Shown here piece after piece: positions 1-8,847 of a DNA stretch of 64,000 bases. The translations under genes were made by a program, and so were the position numbers. Every line of letters begins with the position of its first letter. The first letter of the stretch is position 1. The stretch lies in sequence record AP019418.1. One strand, 5' to 3'. The notes beneath the pieces were generated by a model. It made no database searches and was not told where the DNA came from. It was given only the letters and a program-made list of their open reading frames with translations.

Positions 1-99
1 TAGTAGAACGAACTCATCATATTTGTAATCATTGGTGACAATCAGTGCCGACTTATTGCGAGTGACAATACCTAAGCTATACGACATAATTAATTTTCC

Positions 100-1101
100 T
101 TATTTTAGAGTATGTTGGACCTTGTGGATGTCTTCCAGGCTAGTACCCAGACCAGAAGCCATGTAGATATGTTCCTGGCCTACACGCTTGTGGAAACCAA
201 GCAGAGCATCTACCGGATTTTCAATGGGGAAGTATTCGGTATTGTTGCAGTCCCAAGCAAACTCCCATTCTCCATCACGAATCTCTATTTTGTTAGCACT
301 GAGGTAAGTGATATTGATGGTATTTACAGTGGCATTACCACCAATGAGGTAGTACGATCCTTCATTGCTACGAACATCGATCCTACCGCCATCGATAGTG
401 TCCTGATAGTAGAAACCACGGTCGAAGAATAACTTCAGCATCGAAGTGAAGTAGCTGTTCAATACAGCTTGAGCATCTTTCTCTTCGGCCACCCATTTTC
501 CATCAACGATGTTATTCAGGTAATTACGATCATGATTGATCCCGACATTATCCACGATGTCAGCGTAGTTCTTATGGAACTTAGCAATCTCGTACAAACG
601 TTCCAGAGCAGCAAAACGGAAAGGGCTGGTGGGATGTAGAGCCAGAATGATCCGACCTACGTTCCACAAACCGGTCCCGTTGACCTCGTAACTTTCTTCG
701 AGGTAACCTTTGATACCACAGTTAACTTCAAGTTCATCTGCTGGGAAACCGGTGCGGAGCCGCCTACGGATAGCCAATAGTACCGATTCGGATTCTTCCG
801 GATCGAACAGGTCTATGCCGAAAGTAATCCAGCTACCACGTACTTTGTGCTGGTATGCCAGGCGTACAGTATCACCGAATGGAGAAATGAACCAGCGTTC
901 GTCTTCCGATACGACCAAATGGCAACCACATTGCCACAGGGTACTTAGAGGATCATTAGAGGCGAGAATGCGCTTGGTGTCGTTCATATCCGACGAAGTA
1001 TCATCTGGACTGCCACGTAGGTGTGTCAGAATAAACAGAAGCGATGATTCTGTAGTTTGAGCACTCAACATTGCGCGAGTGATGGTTGCATTGATGATCA
1101 T
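100..1101 (-). CDS. hypothetical protein (333 aa)
   Basis: ORF track; co-oriented with neighbours; no motif recognised. Confidence 0.75.
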   Translation of the reverse strand: MIINATITRAMLSAQTTESSLLFILTHLRGSPDDTSSDMNDTKRILASNDPLSTLWQCGCHLVVSEDERWFISPFGDTVRLAYQHKVRGSWITFGIDLFDPEESESVLLAIRRRLRTGFPADELEVNCGIKGYLEESYEVNGTGLWNVGRIILALHPTSPFRFAALERLYEIAKFHKNYADIVDNVGINHDRNYLNNIVDGKWVAEEKDAQAVLNSYFTSMLKLFFDRGFYYQDTIDGGRIDVRSNEGSYYLIGGNATVNTINITYLSANKIEIRDGEWEFAWDCNNTEYFPIENPVDALLGFHKRVGQEHIYMASGLGTSLEDIHKVQHTLK

Positions 1102-1172
1102 GAGATATCTTCCTTTTTGCAGTTTATGAATATATTGCTAAATAAAAAAATAATACGATGTAGAAAATAAAA

Positions 1173-1190
1173 GGGAGTCCGAAGACTCCC
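1173..1190 (-). terminator. intrinsic terminator
   Basis: GGGAGTC-TTCG-GACTCCC followed by TTTT on the minus strand. Confidence 0.85.
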
Positions 1191-1205
1191 ATTATTGCGT
1201 GTAAT

Positions 1206-2318
1206 CTATTTGATGATAACCGCTTTAGAAAGAGTTTCCATACTTCCAATAACTAATTTGGATTTCTCTTCTTCAGGGTTCTCCATTGCTTCATGCAGGA
1301 GTTCACCGATGGTTTTGGGTTGAACATCATCACTGATTTCACGCGAGCATGCCGAGTCGTCGTACATATCAAACACATTCAGATCATCATCATCCAGGGG
1401 CGTGATGTCATTCCATGAATAGCTTGATTCATCCGAGGTATCATCAGACTCACCATACTGTTCACTGAGGTCACGGTCCAGTTCAGCCTCATACATCTCG
1501 CTAATTGCTTTATCGTCTTCTTCTTGCGCCTTACGACGAGAAGTCTTGTAGAACGGAAGCAGGCGTTGCAGGACTTTATGGAACTTCTTCTTGCTGATCA
1601 ACCAGCTAACAGAGTAGCGAGACAGCTTTACTTCAGCTGCTTTGATAGTCGGATCGGAGTACAGCGCCATGACTAGCTTGTCCAGTTTGTGCAGATGATC
1701 TTTAAACGAGTTTGCATAAGCAGGATGTTCCCGAAGAGTGAACATCACAAACGAACGCATGTCAGTGATATAGTACTGACTGTGATGTTTGTTGATTTCG
1801 ATGTATACCGGATCTACTGCGCGGTTATAATCGAATTCCTCTGCCCAGGTAAGGCTACGTACTTTAGTAGGACGAGGACCTTCTGCCCAACGAACAGTCG
1901 GATGTTTCTCACGGATGTTCCAACCATGATTGCGATCATACTCGGTTGACTCTTCTTTGAACCAGGTGAAATTACCTTCACCGCGCGATACAATACCACG
2001 GCACCAACTGACGTTGATTGCCTTGTTACGGCTTTCAGTAAGATCACAGGGCATGTCCAGAATAGCGACATAACTGTTATGACCATTGGCCACAACGCCG
2101 AGAACAGTAGCTTCGAATGTCTCGTAGCGCTGTCCAGGATACACACGTTCATTCTCATCCAGGTAACGAAGGGAGCAGGATTCGAAGATAGCACGAGTAC
2201 CGGCAGGGAAATGGGCACGACCGAAAGGTTGTTCGGCCTTTCTTTCTTTACGACGGCTGATAACCCATTCCAGTTTTTCTTTGGTCAGACGGGTTACGGG
2301 TTCACGATATTGTTTCAT
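1206..2318 (-). CDS. probable homolog of phiKZ014 (early ribosome-binding protein), acidic C-terminal tail
   Basis: 370 aa ORF; about tenth gene downstream of DHFR (phiKZ gp004) by synteny; basic N-terminus and D/E-rich tail; identity is inferred, not aligned. Confidence 0.55.
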   Translation of the reverse strand: MKQYREPVTRLTKEKLEWVISRRKERKAEQPFGRAHFPAGTRAIFESCSLRYLDENERVYPGQRYETFEATVLGVVANGHNSYVAILDMPCDLTESRNKAINVSWCRGIVSRGEGNFTWFKEESTEYDRNHGWNIREKHPTVRWAEGPRPTKVRSLTWAEEFDYNRAVDPVYIEINKHHSQYYITDMRSFVMFTLREHPAYANSFKDHLHKLDKLVMALYSDPTIKAAEVKLSRYSVSWLISKKKFHKVLQRLLPFYKTSRRKAQEEDDKAISEMYEAELDRDLSEQYGESDDTSDESSYSWNDITPLDDDDLNVFDMYDDSACSREISDDVQPKTIGELLHEAMENPEEEKSKLVIGSMETLSKAVIIK

Positions 2319-2415
2319 GGTGTATTTTCCTTTTTACGATTAATTTGGATTATGTACATCCCAATGCATCCTTTCCAAGATACATTGGGATGGAGTCTCC
2401 GAAGAGACCCATCTA

Positions 2416-3018
2416 TTATTCCTGGGTCAGTTCCCCAAGACGACCTTCAGCTTTCATACGGCGGATTTCCGAAATGGACTTACCGTATTTTGCAGCCAGT
2501 TCCTTTACGGTGCCTTCAGGGGCAGGTTTATTCATGTTGCGAAAGTTTTGCTTGGCGATGTTGTAGTTTTGAGCTTGAAGAGTTCTCAGCTCAGAACGAA
2601 CCAGAGCATTGCCAATGCACTGAGAGGTGAAAGTGACCATGAAAGACTTCAGCTTATCACGGTACGTATTGACCCATGCACAGGATTCATCCACGTGCGT
2701 GCACATGTACTCGGCGGCTTTGGCATATTCCAACAAGCCGACTGCATCTGGTCCAACATCCTGGTAAACCATTTTGTTGAAAAGGCCCAGTGCGATATCA
2801 GATGCACGTTCAGCTGTAATGAAATCGATTGCATCATTAATGATCAACGTTTCCAGATCTTTGAACTTAACCGCATCGTTTTTGATCAACGCCAGCATAG
2901 CGTCAACCTTTACGGTCAACATCATGTCTTCATTACGACGATTGACCAGTTCATTGGTCTGCTCTTGGGTGAACACATGGTCCACGTTTTGGAAGACTTT
3001 CGACAGACGACTATCCAT
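2416..3018 (-). CDS. hypothetical protein with possible C-terminal HTH-like motif
   Basis: 200 aa; C-terminal TVKELAAKYGKSISEIRRMK. Confidence 0.6.
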   Translation of the reverse strand: MDSRLSKVFQNVDHVFTQEQTNELVNRRNEDMMLTVKVDAMLALIKNDAVKFKDLETLIINDAIDFITAERASDIALGLFNKMVYQDVGPDAVGLLEYAKAAEYMCTHVDESCAWVNTYRDKLKSFMVTFTSQCIGNALVRSELRTLQAQNYNIAKQNFRNMNKPAPEGTVKELAAKYGKSISEIRRMKAEGRLGELTQE

Positions 3019-3191
3019 TTATTTATCCTCATTTACAGTGAATGCAAACATAGTACATTTCGGTTTAGCCGGATGTTGACACCATTCCTTCGAAACCTTA
3101 CCTTCGGGTTTGGTCAGTTCATAATAGAACTCACCGCAAGCAGCAGCGAGTCCCATCAGAACTGCAAGAAAACCTACACCTATTTTGGTTT

Positions 3192-3590
3192 TCACTTAGC
3201 GATGATCCGTTGTACGAAATGTTGGAGATTTGCAACCAGCCGATCGAACTCTTCCTCGGTCAGCTGATCACGATGAGATTCCAGAAGTACTTCTACCTCC
3301 GGAAGAACGTTCAGAGCGATGTCCAGCTGGATACGCGAAATGAACTCTGCGACATCCAGTTCACGATCACGACGAAGATGATTTACCAGCTTGCGATGTT
3401 GTTCACTGTTACAGTAGGTGGAGATCTTATCGATAAGAATATCAGAGATACTGCTTTCGATCTGTTCGGCTACAGCCTGACCGTCTTCCTTTACGGTAGC
3501 TTTGACCGCGAGGATGGCAGCAACGGCTGTTGCGCCAACTGCCAGTGCAATAAGACCAAGACCAAGTGCGTTTTCTTTGATGAAGTTCAT
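3192..3590 (-). CDS. hypothetical protein with N-terminal TM helix
   Basis: 132 aa; ALGLGLIALAVGATAVAAILAV. Confidence 0.75.
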   Translation of the reverse strand: MNFIKENALGLGLIALAVGATAVAAILAVKATVKEDGQAVAEQIESSISDILIDKISTYCNSEQHRKLVNHLRRDRELDVAEFISRIQLDIALNVLPEVEVLLESHRDQLTEEEFDRLVANLQHFVQRIIAK

Positions 3591-3595
3591 ATTGA

Positions 3596-3937
3596 TTATC
3601 CTTTCAAAGTTGCATCATCATTGAAGATATCAGGACCCACCGAGAGACTTCCCAGAAGATCCGGAGCAATGTAAACAGAGTTGAGGGTTTCGTATACACC
3701 GGTAACAGCATCTACGTTAACCAGGCTAGAACTGCGCATGGGTACCCATTCACCGTTACGGAAGGCTTCACCGACCAGTACACGAACATCATCTACGTCA
3801 GTGCGGTTCGGCCATAGATCCTTACCTTCTACTATTTTTACATTACGAGCATGGTAGACCAGTTTACCATTCATGCGAGCAACGATATTCGGACGGCACA
3901 TGTTGTCGATTACTTTAACTGCTACGGACTTTTCCAT
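3596..3937 (-). CDS. hypothetical protein (113 aa)
   Basis: ORF track; operon context. Confidence 0.75.
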   Translation of the reverse strand: MEKSVAVKVIDNMCRPNIVARMNGKLVYHARNVKIVEGKDLWPNRTDVDDVRVLVGEAFRNGEWVPMRSSSLVNVDAVTGVYETLNSVYIAPDLLGSLSVGPDIFNDDATLKG

Positions 3938-3947
3938 TTTTATTTCT

Positions 3948-4097
3948 CTATTTAGTTACGAGCATTTCTTGACCATTGGGACCGATACGATGACCGAGGA
4001 TAACAGTTTCATTAGAAATAGTTTGCTCTTCAAACTTAGCGTTTACAAACAGTCCACCAAAAGTCAAACCAATAACCACTAGTGCGAATGCTTTCAT
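3948..4097 (-). CDS. small membrane protein (49 aa), not in ORF track
   Basis: MKAFALVVIGLTFGGLFVNAK...; AAGG RBS; first gene after early promoter at 4144-4151. Confidence 0.7.
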   Translation of the reverse strand: MKAFALVVIGLTFGGLFVNAKFEEQTISNETVILGHRIGPNGQEMLVTK

Positions 4098-4107
4098 TTT
4101 TAAAGTC

Positions 4108-4172
4108 CCTTTTTACATTAATTGAAGGTTAAATATCAAGTTAGTAATATACTGTTTAAATATGTTTGAATA
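4108..4172 (-). repeat. early promoter plus leader/RBS cassette, copy 1
   Basis: 4108-4154 is identical to 5959-6005 (47 bp); contains TATATTAC on the minus strand. Confidence 0.9.
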
Positions 4173-4187
4173 AGGGAGTAGTAGTTA

Positions 4188-4448
4188 TTACATATCGTGC
4201 AGGTAGGTCTCATCAATGATGGCACGGGCTAGCTCAATGAGACTATCTTCATCAACAACAATGTTACCATCTTTCCAGGTAGCGCTATGGGATAACCAGT
4301 TACGGTAATCCTTACCTCGTACAGGATTGATGCATACCTGACGAGTAGCTGCATCACGGTCACCACGGAAACCCATGATAGCACGTGCACGACGGATTGC
4401 TTCTTTCTCCAAGTCTTCGTCAGATTTAAAAGTCAGGAAAGTTGTCAT
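4188..4448 (-). CDS. hypothetical protein (86 aa)
   Basis: ORF track; AAGGA RBS. Confidence 0.75.
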   Translation of the reverse strand: MTTFLTFKSDEDLEKEAIRRARAIMGFRGDRDAATRQVCINPVRGKDYRNWLSHSATWKDGNIVVDEDSLIELARAIIDETYLHDM

Positions 4449-4493
4449 AGTTTGATTCCTTTTTACTGATTTAATAGGTTTAATTACACTGTT

Positions 4494-4525
4494 GTGATAT
4501 ACTGGTTAAAATGGTTTGAATGTAT
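4494..4525 (-). promoter_or_regulatory. early promoter variant (TATATCAC)
   Basis: upstream AT element nearly identical to 6003-6028. Confidence 0.7.
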
Positions 4526-4529
4526 TATT

Positions 4530-4862
4530 TCATTTCCACAGACGACAATAGTCATCTACATGTCGAGTGATTTCTGCAACAGCCCTGAGTCGCCGGCGGC
4601 CAGTTAATTTAGAGCAGTGTTTATTAACTAATGTATCAACAGTTTTACGTAACCTAACACAGCGTTCTTCATTAGGTATATCTTGTTCGATAAACAGGCT
4701 AGTTAATTTATGGATTTCCATATGGATTTTCTTACATACATCGTTAGCCGATTTTTCTTCATTTAATTTGTTGTATGATTCGACTAACTTAACAATAGTT
4801 GTAGCAACAGTAGTTGCGGCAACAAAAATTTGAATACCATTGATAAAATTTTTATTAAACAT
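4530..4862 (-). CDS. hypothetical protein (110 aa), hydrophobic N-terminus
   Basis: ORF track. Confidence 0.7.
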   Translation of the reverse strand: MFNKNFINGIQIFVAATTVATTIVKLVESYNKLNEEKSANDVCKKIHMEIHKLTSLFIEQDIPNEERCVRLRKTVDTLVNKHCSKLTGRRRLRAVAEITRHVDDYCRLWK

Positions 4863-4914
4863 TTTTAAACTCCAACTAATGTATTAAAAAAATATGTCTA
4901 TATTGAAAATAAAG

Positions 4915-4932
4915 CCCTCCCCGAAGGGAGGG
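4915..4932 (-). terminator. CCCTCCC-TTCG-GGGAGGG family terminator
   Basis: hairpin plus T-tract; motif recurs many times in the window. Confidence 0.85.
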
Positions 4933-4963
4933 TGTATGTCGCCAATAAGTGTTACTAATTTAT

Positions 4964-5176
4964 TTAGTTAGTTTGACCATACGTTCTTTCAAAGTTGTTT
5001 ACATCATAACCTGAGTGGTGTGTTGCAGAACCACCTGAAGTAGTATCTATAATCTTAACTACCACTTCATCATTTTCAATGTAAACCGACAGTTTATCTC
5101 GCATAAAATCCACGTGGTCATTTCGAGAACGTAGATATTTCATTACAGCTTCGCCACTGATTTTACTGTTAGCCAT
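4964..5176 (-). CDS. hypothetical protein (70 aa)
   Basis: ORF track. Confidence 0.7.
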   Translation of the reverse strand: MANSKISGEAVMKYLRSRNDHVDFMRDKLSVYIENDEVVVKIIDTTSGGSATHHSGYDVNNFERTYGQTN

Positions 5177-5178
5177 TA

Positions 5179-5415
5179 TTATTTCCTCGATTGATTCCAG
5201 TTAAAATTATCTTTTGCATTTTTAGTGAAGAACCCGTTACCCCAACCAAATGAGTATCTAAAGTCCTTGATTACACCAACATCCGAATCGATAACCTTAT
5301 ATTCAATGACTTTATCACTATTCTCCAGAATGACTAAGATCGCGATAAGATCTTTAGGATCACCTACAGTCAATTCATGTCTTTCAGACTCGTCTCTGTG
5401 GATAACGATGTACAT
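5179..5415 (-). CDS. hypothetical protein (78 aa)
   Basis: ORF track; GAGG RBS. Confidence 0.75.
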   Translation of the reverse strand: MYIVIHRDESERHELTVGDPKDLIAILVILENSDKVIEYKVIDSDVGVIKDFRYSFGWGNGFFTKNAKDNFNWNQSRK

Positions 5416-5432
5416 GGTACTTTATCCTCTAA

Positions 5433-5948
5433 TTATACCCATTTAGTTACTGGGAGTTCGAAGGTTTCACACAAGTCGAGTACTTTACGATGTTCCAAGT
5501 TATTTTCTGGATAGAAGGTAATGGGTGTAGTCGGACTACCCCAATTAACACGACATCCAGTTTCTTTATGGATTTCGCCAAGTACAGTATATGCACCTGC
5601 CCCATCTGCATAACCCATTTGATTAGGGTTAACGCAGATTTGAGTAAAACGCTCCGTCAATACTCGATTAATAGTGATGGTCAAGAGACGAACGAACTCA
5701 CGAGTCTTCTCGATGTCGTCTACCCAGAATTCCAGAAGGATCCATTTCCCATGAGGGTTATCATGCCCACCTTGGAAGAATACACAGAAACCTTCTTTTG
5801 CCTTATAAAACTCGTGATTGGTAATGTTACATTCAACCATTTGTTTCACTGCATGCCATACACGCTCGGTGACATAATCACCATAAAGTTCGATGCAGTG
5901 ACCACGGCCAGGGAATTGTTCTTTTTTAGAAAATTTAATTTCGAACAT
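5433..5948 (-). CDS. hypothetical protein (171 aa)
   Basis: ORF track; first gene after promoter cassette copy 2. Confidence 0.75.
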   Translation of the reverse strand: MFEIKFSKKEQFPGRGHCIELYGDYVTERVWHAVKQMVECNITNHEFYKAKEGFCVFFQGGHDNPHGKWILLEFWVDDIEKTREFVRLLTITINRVLTERFTQICVNPNQMGYADGAGAYTVLGEIHKETGCRVNWGSPTTPITFYPENNLEHRKVLDLCETFELPVTKWV

Positions 5949-5958
5949 GGTATAGATT

Positions 5959-6028
5959 CCTTTTTACATTAATTGAAGGTTAAATATCAAGTTAGTAATA
6001 TACTGGTTAAAATGGTTTGAATGTATTA
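5959..6028 (-). repeat. early promoter plus leader/RBS cassette, copy 2
   Basis: 47 bp identity with 4108-4154; TATATTAC at 5995-6002. Confidence 0.9.
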
Positions 6029-6042
6029 TCGGTAGGGGAGGG

Positions 6043-6456
6043 TTACCCTTTTAACTTTTTAATACTATTGGATAAGTACATGACACTACGGAAAATTTTG
6101 AATCTTGAAAAGTATTCACGTACTTCTTTTTTAGTCAATACAAGTCTTCCATCTTTGTTTACATTATCACCAAAGACAATTTCCTGAGTATTCTTCCATA
6201 AAGATCTATAAAGATAACAGCCGTGTGGTGCATCACACCAATCATAGATCTTAAGTTCAAATTCAACTTTGTCGACAATATCATCATCAAATAAAATAGT
6301 ATTTCCTTTACTATTTAATTCCATTAACTCATTTGCACAATTTATTGCAAACTCAACCGCTGCCCAGGTTCTACCACCGCTGAACATATCTTTACTTAAT
6401 TTATTTAGATCGATAGCATTATAAGTTGTTTTCTTAGTGTTTTTCATGGACTGCAC
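6043..6456 (-). CDS. hypothetical protein (137 aa)
   Basis: ORF track. Confidence 0.7.
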   Translation of the reverse strand: MQSMKNTKKTTYNAIDLNKLSKDMFSGGRTWAAVEFAINCANELMELNSKGNTILFDDDIVDKVEFELKIYDWCDAPHGCYLYRSLWKNTQEIVFGDNVNKDGRLVLTKKEVREYFSRFKIFRSVMYLSNSIKKLKG

Positions 6457-6498
6457 CCCTCAATAATAAATAGAATAATCTGTATTTAATTCACCTTT

Positions 6499-6506
6499 GT
6501 AATATA
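6499..6506 (-). promoter_or_regulatory. early promoter core TATATTAC
   Basis: exact motif just downstream of terminator 6538-6559. Confidence 0.75.
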
Positions 6507-6563
6507 CCCTTTAAATACATTTGAATACATGACATAAAGCCTTCCCCTGGGGGAAGGCTATTA

Positions 6564-7088
6564 TTATGTTTTAATCCAATGGGTATATGTACATAGGTCA
6601 GTTTCTTTAATAATGGTTGATTTCCATTTATCCCATTTAATGATTTCTTTAGGGAAATAAACACAACTACTATTATCGATTTCCATCTTGACAGTAGTAA
6701 TGTACATTTCGTCTAAAATATCCTTTTCAATGACTTCTTTATAAAGTTGAGAACCGCCAATGATCCATACATCCTTTCCAGTTTCTTTATTGAAATGAGT
6801 GGCATAAATAACAGCTGCACTTAGATTAGGGAGTACACCTAATTTATTATCACAGGATACTGGGTAATTACCGTTACGATATAAACTTGATGATACAACA
6901 ATGTTATTACGATTAGGTAACGGTTTACTACCTAAGGATAAGAAAGTATTTTTACCCATGATAACACAGCAACCAGTTGTCATTTCTTTAAAGAAAGCTA
7001 AATCCTCAGGTATATGCCAAGGTAATAGATTATTATATCCAATGACACCATTTAGGTCATGGGCAACGATTAATTTAATAGCCATCAA
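6564..7088 (-). CDS. folA: dihydrofolate reductase
   Basis: LIVAHDLNGVIG...LPWHIPEDLAFFKEMT...VIMGKNTF..L..KPLPNRNNIVVS...WIIGGSQLY. Confidence 0.97.
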   Translation of the reverse strand: MMAIKLIVAHDLNGVIGYNNLLPWHIPEDLAFFKEMTTGCCVIMGKNTFLSLGSKPLPNRNNIVVSSSLYRNGNYPVSCDNKLGVLPNLSAAVIYATHFNKETGKDVWIIGGSQLYKEVIEKDILDEMYITTVKMEIDNSSCVYFPKEIIKWDKWKSTIIKETDLCTYTHWIKT

Positions 7089-7591
7089 TTTTCCTTAGGC
7101 CAGAATTTACAAGATACTTCATTATCTTTAAATTCAATAGCCCAACTACAGCAAGTGAAATTAGTTTTAAACTTAAATGTAGACGCTAATAGGTAATTAA
7201 TTTGAGCCATTTGTAATAGCGTTAATTCACCATATACTTTCTCATCAATTAATACACCAGGTCTTTTATGTTTAATAACTAATTCATTCAACTTAATATC
7301 TTGTTCAATATAGAGGTATTCCACTTCGCCTTTTTCTAGTATGGGCATGTCCCAAAGAATCAGACTAATCTGCTGTGTGAATTCCTCAATATTAGTTGTA
7401 ATATCTAGTCCTTCATAACCTATCAATAGATTTATAAGTACTTGTAGGCTAATCAGATTAACAGGTAAGTCTTTTAAATCGTCTTCTTTAATAGTTGTTC
7501 TAAAATAAACAGTGCCATCTAAGTTTTTAACTAATAATCTATTTAATAGATGATTGACTTCTGATTTAATCTGATAATCCAGTTTGATCAT
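7085..7591 (-). CDS. hypothetical protein (168 aa)
   Basis: ORF track; overlaps DHFR start. Confidence 0.7.
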   Translation of the reverse strand: MIKLDYQIKSEVNHLLNRLLVKNLDGTVYFRTTIKEDDLKDLPVNLISLQVLINLLIGYEGLDITTNIEEFTQQISLILWDMPILEKGEVEYLYIEQDIKLNELVIKHKRPGVLIDEKVYGELTLLQMAQINYLLASTFKFKTNFTCCSWAIEFKDNEVSCKFWPKEN

Positions 7592-8150
7592 TAGCTAACT
7601 CCTTGAGTCTAGTCATGCCATTGCTAACTTCAATAATGTAACTAAAGTCAAAACTATATTTCATCATTTTGAATTCTTCTTTAAAGTTAGCGATATTTCC
7701 AGACAGAGCAATTTGTTCAAATCGACTAAAATCAGTGATAGTTTCATCAAACATTAGTTCTCTTGCGGTAATATCTGGATCATAGTTAGGATGATCAACT
7801 ACAGTACCTTCATGCTTTAAAGTACCTTGAAAATTCAAAGTCTTTTTAACATGGTCTACAGTTATTTTCCAACTAGTTGCAATATACCGAGCTTTAACTA
7901 AATTAGGAGCATACCTGTAAATACACCATTGTAATGGAGTGCCAACAGTTTGCGTATCATGCGTGGCTTTTATAACTTTAATAAAATTCTCAAGTTGATC
8001 AAATGTAACATTCCTAGTTACACCATCATTAGTGGTTATATTAAGAGATGGTCGAAGACCAGTACCAAGATCATTGGTGATGATTATATCCTCAACTAAA
8101 GCTTCATATAACTTTAGTCCTTCTTTTCTGGATCCAACATCATTACCCAT
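7566..8150 (-). CDS. hypothetical protein (194 aa)
   Basis: ORF track; overlaps both neighbours. Confidence 0.7.
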   Translation of the reverse strand: MGNDVGSRKEGLKLYEALVEDIIITNDLGTGLRPSLNITTNDGVTRNVTFDQLENFIKVIKATHDTQTVGTPLQWCIYRYAPNLVKARYIATSWKITVDHVKKTLNFQGTLKHEGTVVDHPNYDPDITARELMFDETITDFSRFEQIALSGNIANFKEEFKMMKYSFDFSYIIEVSNGMTRLKELANDQTGLSD

Positions 8151-8503
8151 TGTTTAGCTTCCTCTTTTGTTACCAGTTGATAAAGTTTATTAAATTCACG
8201 TTGACGCATTAATTTGTAATCTAGTATACGCCCATTATTTTTACGAATTAAAATAATAAAATCACCCGGACAGACAATTTTATCTTTATCTGGGCCTACA
8301 CGTAAAATACCATGACTAGATTCAGTTAGATTACATAATGGGCAAATCGCATTACTAAGAGTAGACTCTTTAGTAGGTATAGCATAACCAACAATAGCAC
8401 CTTGGTTGATATTATTGATAACGCCATCACCAGGTATATCACCGTTCTTTTTCCATTCGATTGCTTCAATTGGATCGGTGTATTTCGGTAGATAAAAAGA
8501 CAT
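8114..8503 (-). CDS. hypothetical protein with CPLC...H motif
   Basis: 129 aa; GGAG RBS; ICPLCNLTESSHG...VCPGDFII. Confidence 0.7.
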   Translation of the reverse strand: MSFYLPKYTDPIEAIEWKKNGDIPGDGVINNINQGAIVGYAIPTKESTLSNAICPLCNLTESSHGILRVGPDKDKIVCPGDFIILIRKNNGRILDYKLMRQREFNKLYQLVTKEEAKQWVMMLDPEKKD

Positions 8504-8847
8504 TCTTAATTAACTCCGATAAATAATAGTAGTATAGTAAAAAGCACTTAGGTATATTTCTATTTTAAGCTATATTGTTGATAAAATAAAACCTAAGGGT
8601 ACATAGTGGGTTATTATTTAAAGCTCTTAAATAGCATGGTAGAACGATATTGGACTATATAGCTGTAACCCTTAAGGCACTAAGGCTACAGAGGTTTTTA
8701 AGATAAAGATATCCAATGTACCATAATATGCTTTTACAATAGATCAACTAAATTCATTTAAAATGGGTCGTAAAAATACTTAGTTGATCTAAAGATATGT
8801 TGAATACTTTTTCACATGAACTTACGACTCACAATTGGAAATTAACA

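Noticed and set aside
112-3674. Long plus-strand ORFs (112-432, 710-1060, 2079-2630, 2548-3267, 3210-3674)
   Set aside because: They lie antisense to well-formed minus-strand genes, lack RBSs and are explained by codon bias on the coding strand
8797-8847. Longer nrdA start
   Set aside because: The ATP-cone pattern starts at MLKTII (8848); the extension adds nothing recognisable
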